Source: Felis catus (taxonomy: Eukaryota). From it: DNA of 64,000 nt. The stretch lies in the NCBI RefSeq assembly GCF_018350175.1, contig NC_058368.1, forward strand, positions 930,001 to 994,000, given 5' to 3'. Made by a program: the position numbers and the translations under genes. The notes under the pieces are model-generated. The model did no database searches, had not been told where the DNA came from, and worked only from the letters and a program-made list of their open reading frames with translations. Every line of letters starts with the position of its first letter. Position 1 is the first letter of the stretch. This document shows, piece by piece, positions 14,074-50,577 of the stretch.

Positions 14074-17000
14074 TAAATGTCCATGGGATCTCAAGTGATT
14101 CTTTTTTTTTTTAAGTAATCTCCAGACCCAACATGGGGCTCAAACTCATGACCCCAAGATCAAGGATTCCACACTCCACTGAGCCAGCTAGTTGTCCTTC
14201 CACTGATTCTTGATATTGGTTATTTTTACTTTTTAAAAATTATTTATTTTGAAAAAGAGTGTTTGCACACACATGAGCAGAGGAAGGGCAGAGAGAGACA
14301 GAGAGGGAATCCCAGGAATGCTCCATGTTGTCAGCTCAGAGCTCGTCTCGATCTCAAACCATGAGATCATGACCTCAGCCAAAACCAAGTCAGATGCCTG
14401 ACCAACAGAACCACCCAGGTGCCCCTATTAAGTTCGTTTTTATTAATTTGTAGGCACATGAATTATTAAAGTCTTTTTTTTTTAAGCTTAAAATGTGGGG
14501 CTTGAACTCATGACCCTGAGATCAAGAGTCACATGCTCTATCAACTGAGCCAGTGAGGTGTCCCATGAAAGTCTTTTAGTATCTACATGTGTGAGGTGAG
14601 TCTGATTTCCCAGGTTTTAGGTCTCCCTTGCTTTATTTATCTGTATAGAAGCAAACCGGATTATCTGCTCTTCATTCTAGATGTGACTTCCAGAACGCTC
14701 TAGATTTAAAATCACTGTTGCTTTAAAAAAAAAAAAAAAATCATTTACAAGCTTTTGAAAACCTTTTATTGTCCTCAATATTACACCACTATTTTCCTAA
14801 CCTAATTTTCTGAACACAAAGACTTGGGTACTTGGCTTAGATTCTTCTTTCAGCCATAGTTATATTCTCAAATTCTTAATCTCATCCTAACACGGGCATA
14901 CTTTATAATTCAAAATTATAGAACACTATTCCATTTCTACAATTTTGTACTTCATGTTGTTTTTGTCTACAACTTTTCCCTATTATCTGCCACTCATGAT
15001 TGCAGCTACCAATACATGATGTGCCAAGGAGTTGCAGTTTTAAAATAAAAGCAATGCGGAACTTCAAAGCTTTGAAACAGAAGAGTGACATGACCTGAAA
15101 TTATAAAGCATTACTCTTTATTGACGTCTTTACTTCAATCACTTATCCACTTTTCCATCCTATGTAGCAAATTTTACCTTGTATATATAAAATAGCTATT
15201 AGCGGCTCTTACTGGCTTTCAGCACTGAGATGGGGCAGGGGTGAGTCTAGGAATCACAGGAAGAAAATGGCAAAATGTAAGAATTTTAAAGACAGAAAAT
15301 CTGAAAAAATTTACAAAAATATTTTCACTTGCCTTCTGTGAAATGAGAAAACCAATAGATTGCCATTTCTTTTCTTTTTTTTTTTAAGTTTACTTATTTT
15401 GAGAGAGACAGAGACAGCACAAGTAGGGAAAGGCAGATAGAGAGGGGGAGGAGGAAATCCTAAGCAAACTCATGAACTGGGAGTTCATAACCTGAGCTGA
15501 AACCAAGAGTCAGACGCTTCACCAACTGAGCCACCCAAGTGCCCCTGCCACTTCTTATGGACTGTTATTCTGAATTGTCTTTACTAATTTTTGATATTAA
15601 ATTAGTGGCAGGAGATAATATTTCCTAATGCCTGTTCTCAATGAAATTAAAAAGATGAAAACAAATGCTGGGTATAGTCCAGATCACTGCTGACAAATTC
15701 TTCTGTAGGGAAAGTAGGAGATGGTAACAAGACTTGAACTGTTTTCTTCCTTTTATAGTGAGAACATACTCATCTTATAAAAAAACAAAACAAAACAAAA
15801 CTTGGGGCACATGGATGGCTCAGTTGGTTAAGCATCTGGCTTCGGCTCAGGTCATGATCTCATGGTTCTTGAGATCGAGCCCTGTGTCCAGCTCTGCACT
15901 GATGGTGCGGAACCCGTTTGGGATTCTCTCTCTCCCCCTGTCTCTCCTTCCCCACCCCCTCTCTCTCAAAATAAATAAATAAACTTAAAAAAACAAAAAC
16001 TTGATAAGGCGGAAAAAAGTCATTCCCCTGCCTGGAGATGTTTGTTTTTATTATGTTCTGAATTTAGTTGATTTTTCCCTCAACATTTTATGAATATTAT
16101 GAAAAATTTTACACAGCAAAAAGTTGAATGAGAAATTTACAGTAAATATGGAAAAACCCAGCCTCTAATTTTTTTTTTTTTTTTTTTTAAGATTTTGAAA
16201 GAGAGAGAGAGAGCTGAAGGGACAGAGAGGGAGAGAGCAGGAATCCCAAGCAGACTCCACACCATCAGTGTGAGTCCCATTACAGGGCTCAAACTCACGA
16301 ACCATGAGATCATGACCTGAACCGAAATCAAGAGTTGGACGCTTAACTGACTGAGCCATGCAGGCACCCAAGCATCTACGTCTTTTGAATTTTTTCAATG
16401 TTTATTATTATTTTTTTGAGAGAGAGAGAACACATATGCACATATGTGAGCAGAGGAAGGGCAGGGAGAGAGGGAGAAAGAGAATCCCAAGCAGGTTCTG
16501 TGCTATTGGCACAGCCTGATGCAGGGCTCCAACTCATGATCACGAAATTACGACTTGAGCCAAAATCAAGAGTCAGACACTCACCAATTAAGCCATCCAG
16601 GCTCCCCCAAATTTTTCACATTTAACTCATTACTACATCAAGAGCTTATGGTGCCTCATAGTATGTTGAAAAAATAAATAAGAATACATAAATAAATAAA
16701 TAATTAATTAATTAATTAAAATAAGAATTTAAAGGACAGGATTTAATTTTGTTTTCTCAATGGATAAATTTGATGTTTTTGCAAATTATCTTAAGTAGCC
16801 ACTGGTTGATTTAATTAGTTTGCTCAGATACCACTGATAGCAAGCGTCTATCGAATATAACCATATAATGTCATTCAATTAGCGGTAAGTTTTAGTGAAA
16901 TAATGGGCACATTAAACATTTGGAAAGGAACTTCAAATCCTGTGTTATATTCTCTAGAGTATTCTCTTAGGCCTTTAAGAGTAAATTGGATTTTTGGTAA

Positions 17001-17501
17001 CGTCCCAAAGCCTCATTCAGATCCAACTCTGAAAGACTGAAATGGTCGAGTTGTCAAAAAACAAAATGGTTATAATACATTAATGATAATGATTTTTGTG
17101 GGTCCTCTAATAATAGTTTTAAGCACTGGCATCAGTGACAGAGTCTCCAAGTACTCCTAGTGTCACTCACCAAAAAGAATACACCTAGTTCTGCTCTAGT
17201 CATTGTTCATTTGTCATTCTGTTTCAAAGCTTTGAAACAAAGCCCAGAATATGTAAGAATTTAATATATGATAAAGTCGGTATCCGAAATCAGATATAAA
17301 GGGAGAATTACTAAATATATAGTAATGGGAGCACTGATCATTTGAAAAAGTGGACAGCCTTAATTTTCATTAGTGTGTTTCTCAAATTTCAAGCATGTAG
17401 TCTTCAGAAGAAAAAAAAAATTGCCACAAAACCTAAAGGTTAACTTAATATATTTTTAATATTTCTTATATTTGTACTAACATAAAAATAGGTATACACT
17501 C

Positions 17502-17917
17502 TTTATTCTTATACTTCTCACACAAGAATAAAATCTAAAATATTTATAAATTAAAGTAAATAAAATGCAAAGTAATCACCTTAATATGAAGTAACAAATA
17601 ATGCCATTTTGCCCAAATAATAAAACAATGTTTTGCCCAAAAGAAAGAAATCGCAGGTATTTGGTTTAATAGCAAAAAGCTGCAGTTTCGGATTCCATTC
17701 TACTCTCAAACTGTTTCTAAATGTTTTTACTTTAATAATAATGAGAATGTTCACATAGTATCTTGTTCAAACTATTACTGATAAATCTAAGCCTTTCTCT
17801 CCTTTTTTCAAAGTAATCAGAACAGAAAATTAACCAAACCTGTCAAATGTTAGCCCTCAAATGCCAATTTTAAAAGGTGTGAATTGATAGAATGAAAAAG
17901 TAACAATTGCCTTTATT
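17502..17917 (-). terminator. Candidate ZMYM5 polyadenylation signals (AATAAA at 17917-17912 and 17507-17502)
   Basis: tttatt on the plus strand ~200 and ~610 nt past the stop codon; which is used cannot be told from sequence. Confidence 0.4.
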
Positions 17918-18118
17918 GAAACCTGCATTAATTACTATTGAATCCAATTAGCTTTAGAATTTGAAACAGAAACATTCTTTACTAGTTGCTATTATACTTA
18001 TTGCTAATGAACTGTTGAAAGTTATAGGAGCTTCACAACAACAAATGGTACTGTTAGGGTTACAGATCTTTTCTGAATAAATGTATAACTTTGTTATGTC
18101 AAAACCACATCAGGTATA

Positions 18119-40842
<22,724 letters not shown>

Positions 40843-41659
40843 GCCAAAGAACCTGTAACAGAGGAAAGTAAATAACAAAAGTTCTAGTATATTATGATCA
40901 TTGTGTTTTATTGCAATGAAATAGCACAAATGAAATTTTAAATTCTGGTGAGTTTTATCCAACCCTCAGGGAAAATATTGTTACTCATTTTGTTTTTCCT
41001 CTCTCATTAACCATTTAATGCCTACCTCAGAGTTTGATGGAAATTAATCATCCAATTTGTAGTAGTCCTTAAAAAATGCACTCATAGTACTCAATTTAAC
41101 TTACCCTTTACAATGAAAAAAAAATCTAAGCCTTCTTTTGAAATAGGAAATAGTAACAAAATCATCCTATCAAATACCAATCACCCAGGATCCAAATACA
41201 ATCACTATACTATACTTTTGTCTACTAAAATAAGTGACTATCATCTAATCCTTATTGCTCTAGCGTCTTTGTCACTGTTTTTCAAATTCTCCGCTTCTAA
41301 CATAACTTTGATTAAATCTTCCTTATCCTTGTCCAGAAATTGCCAGACATTATGCTACGGGTTTTTCATGTAAAATTCTGAAAACAGCTCCATAATATAG
41401 GTATAACTTAATCTACTTTACAAATCAGGAAAGCAAAACCAACTAAATTGTTCTAGGTAAGACTGAGTAGAACTTAAACCCCAGGCCCTAACTCTAGGCC
41501 TCAAATTCTTAGCATTCATTTATATTCAACAAATACTTCTGTGAACCTGCTCTGCACTAGGGTATGACGAAGGAAAGGATCCAGCAGACAGACATAATTG
41601 AAGAATCTGGAAAAGTAAATAACCAATGAAGCAAGGATCTTAAAAGTAGACAGGAGACC

Positions 41660-41888
41660 AGGCGCCTGGGTGGCGCAGTCGGTTAAGCATCCGACTTCAG
41701 CCAGGTCACGATCTCGTGGTCCGTGAGTTCGAGCCCCGCGTCAGGCTCTGGGCTGATGGCTCGGAGCCTGGAGCCTGTTTCCGATTCTGTGTCTCCCTCT
41801 CTCTCTGCCCCTCCCCCGTTCATGCTCTGTCTCTCTCTGTCCCAAAAATAAATAAACGTTGAAAAAAAAATTAAAAAAAAAAAAAAAA
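41660..41888 (+). mobile_element. Young SINEC_Fc-type CAN-SINE in ZMYM5 intron 2
   Basis: TSD aaaagtagacaggaga at 41642-41657 and 41885-41900. Confidence 0.92.
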
Positions 41889-44800
41889 GTAGACAGGAGA
41901 TATGTGCACAGGTGGTAATGAAACTGATTATGAGTAAAAAAATCACCTCTATCTGAAAGACAAGGAAAAGCTAAGTATAACTGGAATATTTGTAAGTACA
42001 TAGAAATGATAAATGAAAAGCTGAGGTAAGTTTATATATGACAGCCTCAATGTTCTTAGAATTTCAAGAATAAAGAACGTGGGAACTGTATGGATATTAA
42101 ATTAAGTAAACTCATTTCATATGGCAGTCTTCATTCCATTTTAAACAACTCATACTGAAATATGTTACATAACATTTCTATTAAAAAATTTTCCCAACTA
42201 ATTTTAATTGATAATAAAATCATGCAATATGTAAAGTTTATTCTTAGTATGTGTTATATCTTTAAATATTAACTCAGTTAATGCTTATAAAAGTGAAGTG
42301 AAACTATTCTTTTTCCCATTTTACCCATTAGGAAATGAAGACTCAGAAGATACGTAATCAGCATAGCCTGTTCAAATGTCCAAAGGATAGAGTTAGGATT
42401 GAAATCTAAGAAATCTGACTCTAGAATCGATTTCATAGCCAGTATATTATATGCAATTAACGTATAAAACAATTTTTAGAAATTACTTATCTTTTATTAA
42501 GAGGAATTTATTAAAACAAAATCAACATTCAGAAAGTCTATTTTAAAGAAAGGATAACAAATCTAAGAGACTACTTTAAAAGGGTTATAGAAACCACAAA
42601 AGTTGGGATCATGATTAACATTCATCCAGTAAACTGGTTACATGGTTGATTTTCAAAGGAAAGAGGCAATAATTTAGCCTAAACTGAATTATGACATATA
42701 AGAGCTGTTATACATGAATTCTCTTAGTCCTTTCTATCTATATTTGAATAAACCTACAACAGAGAAGAACAACTTCTGGAAAAGGGCTATTGCTGACGCC
42801 ACAGTATCCTCTGGTGACATGTCTTAATCTTTTCAAAGAAAATAAAAGAAAGACCATTCTTCATGCTTTGCTCACTGCAGTCCTCCATCTCTGAAAAAAG
42901 ATTTAAGTATTCATCTACTCTCAAATCACAGATTATAAAAAAGTTAAACTACTGCTAAAACTCACTGTGCATATAATTTGACCAAATACTTTAATTTCAG
43001 AAACAGAAGACTACAGAAAAGTTTTGACTACTTCTATAATATCCAAAAACAGAAAAAGTTACTTTAGCGATTAGTTGTGTGGCACTGAGCAAATTACTTC
43101 ACCTCATTAATTAAGTTTTCTAAACTATAAACTGTAAATGGGGATAATATACAATTCCAAGGTTTTTATTCAGATAACTGGGCATGTAAGTCCCTGGCGT
43201 CTGCTTGGATCATATTAAAGAAAGTAAAAAAAGTTAAATCCCTCTCCTATGAGAAGGTATTCAGGCAAATACTTTGCTTACATCCTGGGATTTCAACAAG
43301 TGTCTAATCTTAAACATTTAGCTAGTCTCCTTTGGTATCTTAATCATCTACAACTGATAACCAATGTTTAACATATTTTCATTTTGATACAATGAAAATT
43401 AATATAATCTCAAGTAATGGAAAAGGAAAGGAAAATCTGCACAGAGAAATTTGATAAAAGATTATAACACCACCATGCAAAAAAGTTAGGCTGCAGACAG
43501 ACTATCTCTAGGTAATTGGTAACAACTTTGTAAAATTAACAGGGTATTTAATTAGGGGTACAGATAAGACTTATTAAAACAAAGAAAAGAGGGGCGCCTG
43601 GGTGGCTCAGTCGGTTAAGCGTCCGACTTCGGCTCAAGTCATGATCTCACAGCTGGTGAGTTCAAGCCCCACATCGGGCTCTGTGCTGACAGCTCGGAAC
43701 CTGGAGCGTGCTTCCGATTCTGTGTCTCCCTCTCTCTCTGACCCTCCCTTGTTCATGCTCTGTCTCTCTCTGTCTCAAAAATAAATAAACATTAAAAAAA
43801 AAAAAATTAAAAAACAAAAAACCAAGAAAAGAGTGTTTTGCCCTTTTGTATTTACCTTTAGTGACATCTCAGTTGTTTTTATTTCCTGAAGGAAATTAAA
43901 AATTTGTGGCAAAATATATATAACATAAAACTTGCCATTTTAACCATTTTTAAGCATACATGGTCAATTTTTAAAATATGCTTTTTAAAAGTTGCAAAAG
44001 TTTTTGTTATATTCTTATCAGTTGAGTGATTTAATAGCCATTCAATTTTCAATGTTTACATACAATTACACAAAATTTACATTATTACAAAGAATCTGTC
44101 AGTGGTTTAAAGCTAAAATAGAAACATTGAGATGTTAATATGACAAGATTAGCACATATAAGAAAGGTAAACTAACTTGCTCTATGAATCTACAAAAATT
44201 AAAATCAACAGTAAAGTATTTAAAAATAATTAATTATTGGGGTACTTAGCTAGCTGTCACTAGAGCATGCGACTCTTGATCTCAAGGTTGTGAGTCTGAG
44301 CCCCATGGTGGGTATAGAAATTACTTAAAAATAAAATCTTAGGGAAAAAAATGACACCATAAAAAAAATTATGGTTTCAAAGGTTCATTTTTTTGGCCAT
44401 CTATATTCTGTAGGCTCTATAAAAGATAATTAGGACATAGGTTACAAAAACGGTTAAGAATTTTTTTTTAATGTTTATTTATTTTTGAGAGAGAGAGAGA
44501 GAGATTGAGAGACAGAGCATGAGAATAGGAGGGGCAAAGAGAGAGGGAGACAGAATCTGAAGCAGGATCCAGGCTCTGAGCTGTCATACAGAGCCTGACG
44601 TGGGGCTCGAACTTGTGAACCACAAGATCATGACCTGAGTCAAAGTTGGATGCTCAACCGACCAAGCCACCCAGGTGCCCCACAAAAACCGTTAATCATT
44701 AATTAGTCCTAGAACATGTCCTACTGCATCTTTGTGGACTTATATTGTCACAGAACAGGTCTTACTATAAAAATATTTATATATTTACATAAAAAGAATC

Positions 44801-47029
44801 TCAACTCGAAAGCCAACTCATGTTTAGTGAGTATCTGCTATAAGCATTCCCATTTGAGATCAGAAACAAAATAAAGGTGTGCTATGATTCTGGAGGTATA
44901 AAAATGTAATCAGATAGGATAAAGAAGACTCAAATGAACAACTACAACAAATAGCAAGAGAATTAGTAAAGTGTCCAAGTACAAAATTACTATCTAGAAA
45001 TCAATAGCCTGGTAGGGATTCAGTCGGTAGATTAATCACACACAACTAACTTCACTCCTTTCTAAAACCCCCATAAACAATGGTAAGGTTCCTACACACA
45101 AGGAAAGGAAGAACAAGAAAAAAAGCAACAAGATTTTGTAAGCTGAAGAGCAAATGGATGAGTAACTACTTCGGTGGATCTGAGACAGCCAAACTAAAAT
45201 AGTGATGGAACAAGCTAAGAGAAACTTCCTGATTATGCCGTAGAATCTTCAAAAGGCTCAGAAACCAGGAGGTGCAGGTATCTCTGGAACAGGGGATGGG
45301 GGAGCTAAAATGAGGTTGGGAGATCCTAGAACTATATTGTCTCCCTCCATGTTGATGATGACAGGTTCTTCCCTACCCTGGCACAAGGTTCTAGACTTTT
45401 ATTCTTTGGATAGAACAGAAGATTTTTGTCTGGGGTTCACCAAGCATGGATGAATGGTTCAATATCATGCATACGAAATGTTTCCTCCCACTTGATTCCC
45501 ACAGAGGTGGCATCCAGACCTTTATCTTTCAGGACCTGACTCTTCCCTGGAAGACTTCTTTCTCAGGAACACTCACCTATGTTTTAAAAACAAAAATCGT
45601 TTTAAGTTTATTTGAGAGAAGAGGGGACAGAGGATCCGAAGGGATTCCCCTTAAGCAGGGGAAGGGCAGAGAGAGAGGAGGACAGAGGATCCGAAGCAGG
45701 CTATGTGCTGACAGCAGAGCCTGATGCGGGGCTCAAACTCATGACGACCTCAGCTGAAGTCAGACGCTAAACCGACTGACCCACACAGGCGCGTCAGAAA
45801 CACTCTTCTCTATGAAATTAGGAACCAACAAAAACAGGAAAAGACCTAAAGATAATGACTCTAGAGATTCTCCATCAATTGGCCAAAAGAACCATTCTAC
45901 AGTGAAGTTCCCAAATTGAAAGCCCAACCACACTTTTCTGATTTGCTTTCTAGTTCCGAATTCTTAATCACAAGTAGACCAGTCAAGAATTATGAAATAT
46001 CTGAGGAAAGCTTCTAATAGGAATAGTTAAAAGAGGAAAAAAAAAGAACGATAGATAAATGCAGGAAAAACAAACGTAAAATGAAAAACTACAAAATTAT
46101 CAGTACTCTATCTGGGTGATGAGTAAAGATCATAGAAAATTAACTTTTTTTTGTGGTTTCTATGTCTAATGTGGGGCTTGAACTTACAACCTCTAGATCA
46201 ACAGTTGCATACTCTACCAACTAAGCCAACAGGTACCCCCCAAATTAACATTTCTAACATAATAAAGAGCCTCTAGATATTAAAAGCTTAGCAGAAAGGA
46301 AAAACTTATGGGAAGCTTGGGTGGCTCAGTCAGTTAAACATCTGACTTCAGCTCAGGTCATGATCTTATGGTTCATGAGTTCAAGCCCCACGTGGAGCTC
46401 TGCGCCATTAGCATGTGCGCACGTGCACTCTCTCTCAAAAATAAATAAATATTTTAAAAATAAAACAAAAGGGAAAACTTAGTTTTAAGTTGAAAGATAA
46501 TCCTGAGGAAATCTCATGTAATAAAAAAAACAAAAACACAAAAACCTAGAGGATAAGAATTACAGTTACCATTAACAGTATGTATGTGTATATGTGTGTG
46601 TCCCAAAACTTATGGACCAGGCACTTTACCTATTTTTATAGTCAATTAAATCTTAACAGCAATCTTGGGAAGATATACGTAATTTACTCATTTATAAAAT
46701 GCCCATAATAAATGTTCATTTATTTACCTTTATTTAGTTTGCACTTTCCAAATATATAAGATAGCAGAAATTTGTTGTTAATGTTTTGAAATTTTATTTA
46801 CTTTTTAAGTATTCTCTTTAAAAATTTTTTTTTCATGTTTATTTATTTTTGAGACAGAGCATGAGCATAGGAGGGGCAGAGAGAGAGGTAGACACAGAAT
46901 CAAAAGCAGGATCCAGGCTCTGAGCTGTCAGCACAGAGGCCGACGTGGGACTCGAACTCATGAACCGTGAGATCATGACCTGAGCTGAAGTCAGACGCTC
47001 AACTGACTGAGCCACCCAGGCACCCCACT

Positions 47030-47522
47030 TTTTTTTTTTTAATATATGAAATTTATTGTCAAATTGGTTTCCATACAACACCCAGTGCTCATCCCAAAAG
47101 ATGCCCTCTTCAATACCCATCACCTCCCCTCCCCTCCCTCCCACCCCCCATCAACCCTCAGTTTGTTCTCAGTTTTTAAGAGTCTCTTATGCTTTGGCTC
47201 TCTCTCACTCTAACCTCTTTTTTTTTTTTTTTTCTTCCCCTCCCCCATGGGTTTCTGTTAAGTTTCTCAGGATCCACGTAAGAGTGAAAACATATGGTAT
47301 CTGTCTTTCTCTATATGACTTATTTCACTTAGCATCACACTCTCCAGTTATATTCATGTTGCTACAAAGGGCCATATTTCATTCTTTCTCATCGCCACGT
47401 AGTACTCCATTGTGTATATAAACCACAATTTCTTTATCCATTCATCAGTTGATGGACATTTAGGCTCTTTCCACAATTTGGCTATTGTTGAGAGTGCTGT
47501 TATAAACGTTGGGGTACAAGTG
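47030..47522 (-). mobile_element. Young 5'-truncated L1 3' end with 18-bp target-site duplication
   Basis: TSD ccaggcaccccacttttt at 47016-47033 and 47523-47540; poly-T tail at the left end. Confidence 0.9.
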
Positions 47523-49267
47523 CCAGGCACCCCACTTTTTAAGTAATTTCTATGACCAACATGGGGCTTGAACTCATGACCCTGAGATCAAGAGTCAAAT
47601 ATGCCTCACTGACTGAGCCTGCCAGGCACCCCAAGATAGCAGCAATTTTAACTCCAATCTGGCTGGCACTAAACCCTAGTTCTTTATACTACATCATGCT
47701 GCAAATACCTAGGAATACTCTGAGAAAAATGGCTTTTCTAAGTGATAATAACTGAGTCAGTGACTTGTTACCCTGTCAAACTCACCCCTCACTGGTTCCC
47801 TTTTTCTATGAATACCCAGCAGAGCTCTAGAACAGTGCCTACATCCCATCACCTCACAAAACTCCAGGGAATGTGAAATATCACCACGCAGGGATTATAG
47901 AAAAATTACTGAATTAAAACAATATCCATTCCTGAAAGCTAGACAGCAGTCTACATCCTGACAGTGTCCTCGATCTAACTAACTAAAAAGGTGTACTGTG
48001 AAGAATAACAGCATTAAGTGCAAAGACAAGACTGGTAAGGAGAACAAGGCCAAAGAGAAGGCAGGAGTACTACCATGTGAGTTATTCTAATCACAAGTTT
48101 CATTTCAATCGCCAACTGTAAGGTGTTGGAACAGCTTTAAAGAACAAAATAGGCAGGACCTAAAACTGTACTGAATCCCAGATAATAGATGTGGAATCAG
48201 TGATTCTTTTTTTATAGTCATCATCTTCAGGGGCGACTGGGTGGCTCAGGTCATGATCTTGGGGTTCGTCAATTCGAGCCTCATGTCAAGCTCTCTGCTG
48301 TCAGCACAGAGCCCACTTGGGATCCTGTCTCCCCTTTTCTGTCCCTCTACCGTTTGCGCACGCGTGCATGCACACTCTCTCTCTCTCAAAACTAAACATT
48401 AAAAAATCATCATCTTCAGACTCCTAATAAAATTACTGATTCAAGCAAGGATTGGTGTTAAAAAACAATTAACTGACAGAGAATTGGGCATTTTATTGCA
48501 CCAAAATGAAACATTACATAGATTACTTCCTGGTACAAAGAAAAATACATTAACATCATAATGGAGAGATCCAGCTGTCACTACCAATTCGTGGTCAATC
48601 TCAGAACTAAAAGTAGTGTGACAACCAGATTATGTACCTCCTGATGTGATGCTGGCTGGAGGACTATCAGGGCACTTAAATAGAAAGCTTTCTCAGATGT
48701 AAGACAAACATACAAAAAAATACTCTCTTCATCAACCTTAAAAGAACAGAAAATTCAGAGTATTTTTCTTTCTTTTTTTAATGTTTATTTTTGAGAGAGA
48801 GAGAGCACCAGTGGGGGAGGGACAGAGAGAGTGAGGGGGACAGAGGATCCCAAGCAGGCTGTGTGCTGACAGGCTGACAAGCAGCAAACCCGATGGAGGG
48901 CTTGAACACACAAACCACCAAATCATGACCTGAGCCAAAGTCGGAGGCTCAATTACTGAGCCACCCAGGTGCCCCTACATTCTTTCTTAATCCAACAGCA
49001 AAGAAAAAAAATATTTTTATCCACTGAGAAGGTGGGGAAAAAAAGTTACACTCAAAGCATTTAAAGTGAAACATACTTTAAATCCTATCCAGTGGTGTAA
49101 GTATCAGCATACATTCCCAGTGCTTTCCCAGGGATTACCCTGACTTGGCTCTGGGGACAGGGCCCATCTAAGCAGCTAGCTCTCTGCCATCAAGATAACA
49201 GAAAGATAAATCGACTAACCATTGCACTAAGTGCATTTAAATTAAAAAGCAGGATAAAATTACTCAC

Positions 49268-49336
49268 AAATGGTATGTCTTCTTCCTTAATTTCTGCCAA
49301 AGCCCCACCAGACTGGCCTGAAGGTGATTCCTGATC
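49268..49336 (-). other. ZMYM5: ZMYM5 non-coding exon 2 (69 nt, 5' UTR)
   Basis: Acceptor ctctctcctgtcattctag|GATCAG and donor ATTT|gtgagt in non-repetitive sequence between the CpG island and exon 3. Confidence 0.75.
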
Positions 49337-50404
49337 CTAGAATGACAGGAGAGAGAGCTGCGAAACTATTTAATTACAGCCCATCTGGACGTAGCACCAA
49401 CTCCTAACCACCAGAGGGAGGAAGCAAAGGGTAAGAAGTCAAGGAGTTTCCGTGCTCTTCTTCCCTCCCCCAACCCAGAGCGGTGGAGAAGCGAGGTTTA
49501 AAAAAAAACACACAAAAACTACTATAGGGATCTAAACGACTAGATGTAGCTAAATCTCGTTCCTCAAATTACAGAATGGGAGGTGGAGAACAAGCCTGCT
49601 CTAAGGGAAGGGGAGGGCGGGGTTGGTGGAAGGCAAAAGGTTCCCTCGACGCCAGCAAGAGAGTTGTATTCCCTCCTAAATTTGCCCACCCAGCGCTATC
49701 CCGGTCAATCGGGACACCAGTTCGGAGGTAAGGAGCGGCTCACGTCACCGCCGGGTGAAATCTCCTACATTTGCCCCAAGCAGTTGCTCTGACTCGGAGA
49801 CTTTGCAGTCCCTGTCCGCCATTAGAACTCGCCCAAATTAGACAAGACGAGAAACTCCAGGGAACAGAAGAGGGACGGAGGGGACCCGGTGGGGGAAGAG
49901 GCAGCACCCTCGCCCCGAAAAACTTGGGGACCTCGGGCTACCGCGGAGACAGTGGGAGCGCAGCCCCGAGAGCGGGAGAACGAACTGAGGCGCCCCTCCC
50001 CCACCTTTCTACCTCCTCCGCCCCCCCCCCCCCGCAAGAAAGAAAGGGAAAAATACCCCGCGACCTCCCACCGCCCCGGCCCGGGCAACCCCCGCCCCCC
50101 GAGCGACCCCCGCCTCTGGCGTCCGCCTCACCCAGCCCTCCCGGCCTCGCCCTCACTCTCGCAGCCCTTCGGGCCGCACGCGAAGACGCCTGTGACAAGA
50201 GCGGAGCCCGGAGCAGACCCCGAGGCCCCGACGCGGTAGCGGCAACTGCGGCGGCGCCGCGGGGTATTAACCCCGGGTCTGTGGGAGGCTCACGCATCTC
50301 CGCCTCCCCAGTCGCCTCCACCTCCTCCTCCCGAGGCTGCGCTGCACCCAGCCACCCCTACTACCGGCGAATCTGGACTGCAAAGACAGCGGGGTAAGCC
50401 TCAC

Positions 50405-50560
50405 CCGGTTCTGGCTGCGGCTCCGCGGAACGAACCCCCACTCCCCTGACCCACCCCCAGTCCCACCCCGCCATCCGCCACACGCACAACTCCGCTTGGT
50501 CCAGTCCCGGGTTTAGCGCTGGTGAGGAGGAGGCGGAGGAGACGGAGGCGGCGGCGGTGC
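50405..50560 (-). other. ZMYM5: ZMYM5 non-coding exon 1 (5' end approximate)
   Basis: Donor CCGG|gtgagg at 50405/50404 inside the CpG island, just downstream of a CCAAT box and GC boxes; TSS not determinable from sequence. Confidence 0.6.
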
Positions 50561-50577
50561 GGCCGAGCCCGGAGAGG

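Noticed and set aside
40853..40962. 40-aa N-terminal extension of ORF 40252..40962 (MDKTHQNLK...)
   Set aside because: Lies in intron 2 upstream of a clear acceptor and starts at a non-ATG codon; the real ATG is at 40842
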